41,812 nt of DNA, taken from assembly GCA_013153135.1 (NCBI GenBank), contig JAADFA010000109.1, positions 1 to 41,812 of the forward strand, given 5' to 3'. The notes beneath the pieces are model-generated. The model ran no database searches, was not told the origin of the DNA, and saw nothing but the letters and a program-made list of their open reading frames with translations. Positions 35,149 to 41,812 of this stretch are shown piece by piece (position 1 is the first letter of the stretch; every line of letters starts with the position of its first letter). This DNA comes from Chloroflexota bacterium. GTDB taxonomy: Bacteria > Chloroflexota > Anaerolineae > Anaerolineales > DRMV01. Both the position numbers and the translations under genes were made by a program.

Positions 35149-36861
35149 ATGCCAACCGCGGTGAAGATTACGGCCCGTTGTTTGGATTGTGGCGCGTCGG
35201 TCCCCTTCGACCCCGCCCAACCGCGCTGCCCCAAGTGCGGCAGCGAGTGGCTTCAGGCCGAATACGATTACGACTTGGCTCGAACCATATGGCTGGCGCA
35301 TCTGCACGAGCGCCCCTTCAGCCTCTGGCGCTACCATGAATTGCTGCCCATCCGCGAGGCGCCCCCTACCATCGCGATGGGCGCGGGCGGTACTCCCCTC
35401 CTGCGCTCCATCCACCTCGCGCCCATGCTCAAACTCTCGAATTTGTTCATCAAGGATGAACGGCAGAACCCCACCTCGTCTTTCAAGGACCGCCAGGCCG
35501 CGGTGACCATCGCGACCCTCAAAGAGGCGGGCCTGACCGAGATGGTGGTGGCCTCGACGGGTAACGTGGCCATCGCTTATTCCGCCTTCGCCGCGCGCGC
35601 GGGCATCAAACTGTGGGCTTTCCTGACGTCCCTGGTGCCCCAGGAGAAAATGCGCGAGGTCGCGATTTATGGAACCCGCCTGGTTAAGGTGACCGCGACC
35701 TACGACGAGACCAAGAAGGTGGCCGCGGAGTTCGCGCGGCAAAGGGGGTTGTATATCGACCGCGGATCCCGCTCCATTCCCACGGTCGAATCCATGAAGA
35801 CCTTGGCCTTCGAAATTGTGGAACAGCTCACGCAATTCGCGCCCGACGCGCGCTACGGTCGTCTGCCTTGGCGTGTGCCCGATTGGTACATCCAGGCCGT
35901 GAGCGGTGGACTCGGGCCCCTAGGCGTGGCCAAGGGCTTTCGCGAACTCTATCACATGGGCCTTATCGACCGTATGCCCAAGCTGGGCATCATCCAGGCC
36001 GCGGGGTGCGACCCCATGGTGCGCGCGTGGGAACAGGGCAAGGCCGTCGCGGATCCCCTGCCGCGGCCCAGTACTCACATCACCACCTTGGCCACGGGCA
36101 ATCCTGGGCGGACGTATACCTTCCTCTATGAGTACGTCCGCGAGCATGGCGGGGTGTTCGCCCGCGTAACTGATGAAGAGGCCTTCCGCGCGATGCACAT
36201 GTTGGCGAAGATGGAAGGCTTGTCTGTCGAGCCCGCGACGGCCGTCGCTTTCGCGGGCCTCATCCAATTGGTGCGTGAAGGGGTCATCCAGCCTCATGAG
36301 GTGGTGGTGGTCAACGCGACGGGGCATACCATGCCTATTGAATCCCACATCTTGGGCGACCGCTGGGCCCGGCATGTGGTCCTTGCCCAGCGTGGCGAGG
36401 GAGCCGCGGCTGAAGCCCCACAAGAGGGCCTGGTCGCCGCGCTTAGCAACTTGGCCGCGGAGCGCTACCCGCGCGTGCTCATCGTTGAAGATCATGAGCC
36501 CGCGCGCGTGCTGCTTCGACGCATTTTGCAATCCTTGGGCGATTACACCATCCTCGAGGCAAAGGACGGTTACGAGGCTTTGGAGATTGCTCAGCGTGAG
36601 GTCCCAGACCTTATCATCCTTGACTTGATGATGCCCGGGCTCGATGGCTTCGCGGTCCTTGATTCGCTCAAAGCTCATCCGAACACCGCGCATATCCCCG
36701 TGATTGTGGTCACGGCCAAATCGCTTAATGCGCGGGAGCAGCAGCGCCTTTTGAGCCAGCAGGCCAAATTGATGTACAAAGGTGAATTTCTGAGTGATGA
36801 ATTTTTGAACGAAATTCGCTCGGTCTTAGCGCAGATTCGCAATGGGACCGGGCGAGAATAG
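35149..36861 (+). CDS. Threonine-synthase-like PLP enzyme fused to a C-terminal response-regulator receiver domain
   Basis: 570 aa. It has an N-terminal Cys4 ribbon (CLDCG...CPKCG), GGTPLL, the PLP-lysine motif NPTSSFKDRQ (Lys codon 35485-35487), ASTGNVAIA and VSGGLGPLG. After a linker comes a receiver with RVLIVEDHEP, DLIILDLMMPGLDG (Asp codon 36622-36624), VIVVTA and MYKGEF. Confidence 0.85.
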   Translation: MPTAVKITARCLDCGASVPFDPAQPRCPKCGSEWLQAEYDYDLARTIWLAHLHERPFSLWRYHELLPIREAPPTIAMGAGGTPLLRSIHLAPMLKLSNLFIKDERQNPTSSFKDRQAAVTIATLKEAGLTEMVVASTGNVAIAYSAFAARAGIKLWAFLTSLVPQEKMREVAIYGTRLVKVTATYDETKKVAAEFARQRGLYIDRGSRSIPTVESMKTLAFEIVEQLTQFAPDARYGRLPWRVPDWYIQAVSGGLGPLGVAKGFRELYHMGLIDRMPKLGIIQAAGCDPMVRAWEQGKAVADPLPRPSTHITTLATGNPGRTYTFLYEYVREHGGVFARVTDEEAFRAMHMLAKMEGLSVEPATAVAFAGLIQLVREGVIQPHEVVVVNATGHTMPIESHILGDRWARHVVLAQRGEGAAAEAPQEGLVAALSNLAAERYPRVLIVEDHEPARVLLRRILQSLGDYTILEAKDGYEALEIAQREVPDLIILDLMMPGLDGFAVLDSLKAHPNTAHIPVIVVTAKSLNAREQQRLLSQQAKLMYKGEFLSDEFLNEIRSVLAQIRNGTGRE

Positions 36862-36869
36862 AAATCGCG

Positions 36870-36896
36870 GGCCCCGTCCGCCATCAGGACGGGGCC
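36870..36896 (+). terminator. GC-rich hairpin closing the signalling operon
   Basis: GGCCCCGTCC-GCCATCA-GGACGGGGCC (10-bp stem, 7-nt loop), 9 nt after the stop. It is followed only by TTGCC, so the U-tract is weak. Confidence 0.5.
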
Positions 36897-36922
36897 TTGC
36901 CGTGCTGTATACGACCACAGGG

Positions 36923-37861
36923 ATGACTTCGCGACGTTTCTCCATTCGCGTTCAAGGAACTTTGGCCGCGTTGGCCTCGGCATTCTTTTTGGGGATGACC
37001 CCCATATTTGGCAAGCTGGCTATTCGTGCCGGCATGTCACCCCTGGCCGTAGCCGCGTGGCGCACGGTGTTGGCTACGCTCCTGTTGTTTGTGTTGTTGC
37101 GCGTGCTACGTCCGCAATGGCTTTATATTCACAGCCTGGGCCTCATCGGCAGTATGTTGGCCGGGGCTATTAATGGCTTGGGCTCCCTGTTTTACTACAG
37201 CGCCTTGGCGCGCATTGATGCCTCCCTCGGTCAGCTGCTCTTCGCTTTGTACCCCATCTTTTTGAGCTTATGGCTCTGGCTCGATCGGCACCCCTTCACC
37301 CGTTGGACGTGGATTCGCCTGGCCCTGGCCCTGCCCGCGGTGTACTTTTTGACTCAGGCCGACCCAAGCGCCCCCGCGGATCCCGTCGGCGTGGCCATGG
37401 CTTTGTTCGCGTCCGCAATGTACGCGTTGCATCTACCCATCAACCAGCGGGTGCTGTACGAAGCGCCCGCGCCCACGGTTACCCTGTATACTTTGACCGC
37501 GATGAGCTTGGTGGTTGCGCTCGCGTACGTTCTCATCGGCCCGCGCACATTACCTACCACGCCCGAACGCTGGCAACCCCTCTTGGGCCTGACGTTGGTC
37601 ACCTTTGCTTCGCGGTTGACTTTATTCCTGGGCGTTAAGAACATTGGCGGGATGCAGGCCGCGCTCTTGGGCCTGGGGGAGCTCGCGGTCACGGTCTTTT
37701 TCGCGCATTGGTGGCTGGGTGAGACCCTTACCCCGCGCCAGTGGATCGGCGCGGGGTTGCTCTTGGTGGTCATGTTGTTGGGCCGCTTTGACCATACGCA
37801 GCGACCCCGGCCCCAACGAGGCGGCTGGCTCCGTTGGCTCCAACCGCCTGATTTGGGTTAA
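36923..37861 (+). CDS. EamA/DMT-superfamily transporter
   Basis: 312 aa from MTSRRFSIRVQG, about 10 TM, with a two-fold EamA-like repeat pattern. I trimmed the ORF-track start at 36842, which overlaps the upstream gene and the hairpin. Confidence 0.78.
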   Translation: MTSRRFSIRVQGTLAALASAFFLGMTPIFGKLAIRAGMSPLAVAAWRTVLATLLLFVLLRVLRPQWLYIHSLGLIGSMLAGAINGLGSLFYYSALARIDASLGQLLFALYPIFLSLWLWLDRHPFTRWTWIRLALALPAVYFLTQADPSAPADPVGVAMALFASAMYALHLPINQRVLYEAPAPTVTLYTLTAMSLVVALAYVLIGPRTLPTTPERWQPLLGLTLVTFASRLTLFLGVKNIGGMQAALLGLGELAVTVFFAHWWLGETLTPRQWIGAGLLLVVMLLGRFDHTQRPRPQRGGWLRWLQPPDLG

Positions 37862-37886
37862 GCTGCTTACGTGCACGGAGGATGGC

Positions 37887-39587
37887 ATGTTGTACAATCG
37901 GCTCCTGGCCGCGCTCATGGAGCGCATCGCGAACTTGCTTGCCATTCGTGGCGAGGCCTCATATCGGGTGCAAGCGTATCGCCGCGCCGCGCAAACGCTC
38001 GCGCGGCTGGACAAAGACATTCGCGTATATTGGCACGAGGGACGCCTGGAAAGTCTGCCCAACATCGGTCCTGCGTTGGCCAAAAAGATCGATGAAGTGC
38101 TGCGTACGGGCCATTTGCGCTACCTAGAACGTCTAGAGCAAGAGGTGCCACCGGGGTTGTTGGACTTGCTCGATTTGCCCGGCTTAGGCCCCGCGCGCGT
38201 GGGGCTTTTGTGGCGCCAGCTGGGCATCACTTCGGTGGATGACCTGGTCCAGGCCTTCGCCGAGGGCCGGGTTCAGGGCATCAAGGGGCTGGGGCCAAAG
38301 ACCCTGGCCCAAATTCAGGCCGCGCTGGCTCAGCGCGAGCCCGCGCGCTGGCTCCTGGACGTGGCCCAGGAGGTCGCGCGCGCGTTGGCCGAGGACGCGG
38401 TCGGGCGCGGCTGGGCCCAACGCGCGCAGCCCACGGGCGCGGTGCGCCGTTGGGTCGAGGCACCGCCTCGGGTAGATGTGCTCGCGCTGCCTGCCGCGGG
38501 GGTGTTGCCCGAGGCCTGGCTCGCGCATCCCGTCCTGCGCGCGCTCGAGGTCCAAACTGAAGTCTATGCAGAGTACACGACGTGGTTCGGCCCGCGAGTG
38601 CGGGTGTGGTGGGCCCCGAGCGACGCGCGTTGGGGCTATGCGTTGGTACGCACCACGGGCTCTGAGGCTCATTGGCGCGCACTGGTCGCCCAGGGCGGCG
38701 AGCCGTGGCTGGCCTCTGACCCCCTGCCCACCGAGGCCGCGGTCTATGCCGCGTTGGGGCTGCCCGTGCCGCCGCCCGAATGGCGAGAGGCCGCACTCAC
38801 GCCGGTCCTCCGCACCTGGCCGGAGCACTTGGCCGATGTCGTGCCGTGGGACGCCGCACGCCGCGCGGAACTGCACAGCCACTCGACGTGGAGCGACGGC
38901 CGGGTGAGCATCCGCGCGATGGCTGAAGCCGCGATGGCGCGTGGAATCCGTATCCTGGCCATCACGGACCATTCTGTGAGTTTACGCGTGGGGGGTGGGC
39001 TCTCGCCCGAGCGCCTGCGCCAGCAGCGGGAAGAAATCCGCGCGGTGCAGGAGGCCTTGGGTCAGGGCATCCGGCTGCTCCAGGGCGCGGAGGTCGACAT
39101 CCTGCCCGATGGACGCCTAGATTATCCCGACGACGTGCTCGCGAGTTTAGACGTGGTCATCGCCTCGCCCCATCAGGCCCTGAAGCAATCGCCCGCGGAG
39201 GCCACGCGGCGCCTGGTGCGAGCCGTTCAGAACCCATACGTGCACATTTTGGGCCATCCGACGGGACGCATGTTGCCCCACCGGCCGGGCCTCGCGCCCG
39301 ATATGGCCCGGGTAATCCGCACCGCGGTGCAGCATCGCGTGGCGCTGGAGATCAACGCCAACCCTCATCGCCTGGACTTGCGCAGCCGACACGTGCGCCT
39401 GGTGCGGGAGCTGGGTGGCTGGCTCGCGATCAACACCGACGCCCATCATCCGCGCGACCTGGATTATTGGCCCTTTGGCCTCGCGGTCGCGCGCCGTGGT
39501 TGGGCGCCCCACGACCGCATCCTCAACACGTGGGCGCCAGAGCGGCTGTTACGCTGGCTGCGGGAAAAGCAGGCGGCCGCGGTTTAG
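37887..39587 (+). CDS. polX: Family X DNA polymerase / PHP-domain nuclease (PolX), with substitutions at polymerase catalytic positions
   Basis: 566 aa from [18 protein letters not shown], after GGAGGA. It has three HhH motifs ([28 protein letters not shown]). The PHP motifs are intact: [35 protein letters not shown] trimmed the 647-aa ORF. Confidence 0.85.
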   Translation: MLYNRLLAALMERIANLLAIRGEASYRVQAYRRAAQTLARLDKDIRVYWHEGRLESLPNIGPALAKKIDEVLRTGHLRYLERLEQEVPPGLLDLLDLPGLGPARVGLLWRQLGITSVDDLVQAFAEGRVQGIKGLGPKTLAQIQAALAQREPARWLLDVAQEVARALAEDAVGRGWAQRAQPTGAVRRWVEAPPRVDVLALPAAGVLPEAWLAHPVLRALEVQTEVYAEYTTWFGPRVRVWWAPSDARWGYALVRTTGSEAHWRALVAQGGEPWLASDPLPTEAAVYAALGLPVPPPEWREAALTPVLRTWPEHLADVVPWDAARRAELHSHSTWSDGRVSIRAMAEAAMARGIRILAITDHSVSLRVGGGLSPERLRQQREEIRAVQEALGQGIRLLQGAEVDILPDGRLDYPDDVLASLDVVIASPHQALKQSPAEATRRLVRAVQNPYVHILGHPTGRMLPHRPGLAPDMARVIRTAVQHRVALEINANPHRLDLRSRHVRLVRELGGWLAINTDAHHPRDLDYWPFGLAVARRGWAPHDRILNTWAPERLLRWLREKQAAAV

Positions 39588-41395
39588 CTGCCCTTCTCCC
39601 CCTCTTTGACCCGCAGCACGGCCAAGAAAGCCTCTTGGGGAATTGAAACTTTGCCGATTTGCTTGAGTCGCTTTTTGCCCTTCTTTTGTTTCTCGAGCAA
39701 CTTGCGCTTGCGGGTCACGTCGCCGCCGTAACATTTGGCGAGCACGTCTTTGCGCAGGGCCTTGATGTTCGCACGGCTGATCACCCGGCCATTGGCCACG
39801 GCCTGAATTGGCACGGTGAAGAGCTGGCGTGGGATGAGCTCCTTGAGCTTGGAGACCAGCTTCTGGCCTCGACGGTAAGCCTCATCCCGGTGCACAATGG
39901 TCGCGAGCGCGTCCACGGGCTCTTTGTTGACCCAGATCTCCAGCTTGACCAGGTCGCCCGGACGGTAGCCGATGAATTGATAATCCATGGACGCGTAGCC
40001 CCGGGTGCGCGACTTGAGCTGATCGAAGAAATCCACGATGAGCTCCGCAAGGGGCATCTCGAAATCTAGCACGACCCGGTCCGGCGTTGGGTGCTCCTGG
40101 CCTTTGAAGATGCCCCGCCGCTGGGTCACCAGCTCCATCACCGCGCCGTAAAATTCCACGGGCGTGTAAATTTGCAGCGCGACCCACGGCTCCCGGATCT
40201 CCTCGATTTGCTCTTGCGGCGGCAATTCCGCGGGGGAGTCGATGCGGATGACCTGGCCATTCTTGAGCAAGACCTCGTACTCCACCGAGGGCGCGGTGAC
40301 CACGATATCAAGGTCATACTCCCGTTCCAGGCGTTCTTGCACGATTTCCATGTGGAACATGCCCAAGAACCCCGCGCGGAAGCCGAATCCCAACGCGTGC
40401 GAGTGTTCGGGCTGGTAGGTGAGCGCGGCGTCATTGAGCTGCAACTTAGCCAGCGCGTCGCGCAGGGCCTCATAATCTTCGCTTTCGACGGGGTAGATGC
40501 CCGCGAACACGACGGGTTTGGGATGGCGGTAACCCGGCAGGGGCTCGCTTGCGGGGCGGTCGGCCTGGGTGATGGTATCGCCCACGCGCGCGTCGTGCAC
40601 TGTCTTCAGTCCTGTGGCGATGTAGCCTACTTCGCCCGCGCGCAGCGTTTCCACGGGCTTCATATCGGGCGCGAAAACGCCGATCTCCACGGGCTTGAAC
40701 CGCGCGCCGCCGGCCATGAGCTGGAGCGTATCCGTGGGTCGCACGGTACCGTCCACCACCCGCACGTATGTGACCACTCCCTTGTAGGGATCGTAGTGGC
40801 TGTCGAAGACCAGTGCACGCAGGGGCGCATCCGGGTCCCCCTGGGGCGGCGGGATGCGCTGCACAATGGCCTCGAGGACCTGGTCGATATTAATGCCCTC
40901 TTTCGCGGAGATGCGGATGACGTCGTCCGGGTCCACGCCCAGCAGGTCTGCGATTTCTTGCGCGACCTCATCCGGCCGGGCTGCAGGCAGATCGATTTTG
41001 TTGACCACGGGCACGATCTCCAGGTCGTTCTCCAGGGCCAGGTAAAGGTTCGCGATGGTCTGAGCTTCGATGCCCTGGGACGCGTCCACCAGCAGGATGG
41101 CGCCCTCGCACGCGGCCAGCGCGCGGCTGACCTCGTAATTGAAGTCCACATGGCCCGGCGTGTCGATGAGGTTGAGGATGTACGTCTGACCATCCTGGGC
41201 CTGGTATTCCATGCGCACCACCGAGGCCTTGATGGTCACGCCCTTTTCCCGTTCCAGCTCCATGCTGTCGAGCACCTGCTCTACCGGTGTGCCCGGTGCG
41301 ATGGTGCCCGTGCGCTCGAGCAACCGGTCGGCCAGGGTGGATTTGCCGTGGTCGATATGAGCGATAATACTAAAATTACGGATGCGGTCTTGCAT
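39584..41395 (-). CDS. lepA: Translation elongation factor 4
   Basis: 603 aa from [26 protein letters not shown], with DTPGHVDF and NKID, and LepA-like to the C-terminus. GGAGGCGG lies upstream of the ATG at 41395. It converges on polX with a 4-nt overlap. Confidence 0.93.
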   Translation of the reverse strand: MQDRIRNFSIIAHIDHGKSTLADRLLERTGTIAPGTPVEQVLDSMELEREKGVTIKASVVRMEYQAQDGQTYILNLIDTPGHVDFNYEVSRALAACEGAILLVDASQGIEAQTIANLYLALENDLEIVPVVNKIDLPAARPDEVAQEIADLLGVDPDDVIRISAKEGINIDQVLEAIVQRIPPPQGDPDAPLRALVFDSHYDPYKGVVTYVRVVDGTVRPTDTLQLMAGGARFKPVEIGVFAPDMKPVETLRAGEVGYIATGLKTVHDARVGDTITQADRPASEPLPGYRHPKPVVFAGIYPVESEDYEALRDALAKLQLNDAALTYQPEHSHALGFGFRAGFLGMFHMEIVQERLEREYDLDIVVTAPSVEYEVLLKNGQVIRIDSPAELPPQEQIEEIREPWVALQIYTPVEFYGAVMELVTQRRGIFKGQEHPTPDRVVLDFEMPLAELIVDFFDQLKSRTRGYASMDYQFIGYRPGDLVKLEIWVNKEPVDALATIVHRDEAYRRGQKLVSKLKELIPRQLFTVPIQAVANGRVISRANIKALRKDVLAKCYGGDVTRKRKLLEKQKKGKKRLKQIGKVSIPQEAFLAVLRVKEGEKGS

Positions 41396-41538
41396 ACCGC
41401 CTCCTTGGGTTCCAGCGCTGTTCGTTTCAATTGTACCGTACGCCCCCGGCCCAACCGCGCGGGAACGCGTTCTACCATTGAAAATGTTACCGAAGGGGTA
41501 TGGTTCTCTCAAATGAGAAGGTTACCGAGAGGAGAGCC

Positions 41539-41812
41539 ATGAACCCCGAGGTGACCATGCGTATCGACGAACGCTGCAAAATCCTCCGACGCATCCAACC
41601 CCGCTACGGGCGGGCCTCCCGCAAGGAGCGCAGCCGAATCCTGGACGAGCTGCAGGCCATCACCGGCTTGCATCGCAAAAGCCTCATCCGTTTGCTGCGG
41701 GGGATTTGCGCCGCAAGCCCCGTACTCGCCAACGAGGGCCGACCTATGGCCCCAAGGTGCGCAAGGCTATCCGACTCTGTGCCCAGGCGTTGGACTACCC
41801 CTGTGCCGAACG
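41539..41812 (+). mobile_element. 5' part of a transposase/integrase-type ORF (HTH N-terminal region), truncated by the window end
   Basis: The ATG at 41539 follows GAGAGGAGAG. MNPEVTMRIDERCKILRRIQPRYGRASRKERSRILDELQAITGLHRKSLIRLL resembles N-termini of integrase-core (IS481/ISNCY-like) transposases as I remember them. The family-like continuation (DLRRKPRTRQRGPTYGPKVRKAIRLCAQALDYPCAE) is in a different frame after 41703. Confidence 0.45.

Overview
High-GC bacterial chromosomal window. Spot counts give about 65-70% GC in the flanks. PT-rich linkers and GAF-rich sensors suggest a Chloroflexota-like organism, but this is unverified. I support about 36 protein-coding genes and see no rRNA, tRNA or CRISPR array. 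Regions 1-20.9 kb and 36.9-41.4 kb are mostly housekeeping: rho, metG, radC, a long minus-strand operon (aminotransferase, hflX, RluE-like synthase, LOG, SIS), rpsA, fabH, nitroreductase, xseAB, a DUF62 SAM hydrolase, an EamA transporter, PolX and lepA. A partial transposase-like ORF runs off the 3' end. The stand-out is a tightly packed nine-gene, ~15.6-kb plus-strand operon at 21.2-36.9 kb. It encodes two stand-alone receivers and three large membrane HAMP/GAF proteins with no recognisable output domain. It also encodes an orphan ParA-like ATPase with an altered P-loop and a soluble ~1250-aa multi-GAF histidine kinase with degenerate receiver-like domains. The last gene is a threonine-synthase-like PLP enzyme fused to a canonical receiver. 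I propose this as a candidate undescribed multi-sensor phosphorelay with a metabolic-enzyme output. Smaller observations are a REP-like hairpin/heptamer repeat, a C-rich rho leader, a CRP/FNR-like palindrome, a PolX with Arg at two catalytic Asp positions, a FabH with a basic C-terminal extension, and a possible frameshift in the transposase fragment. All domain calls come from reading the translations by eye; no database search was run.
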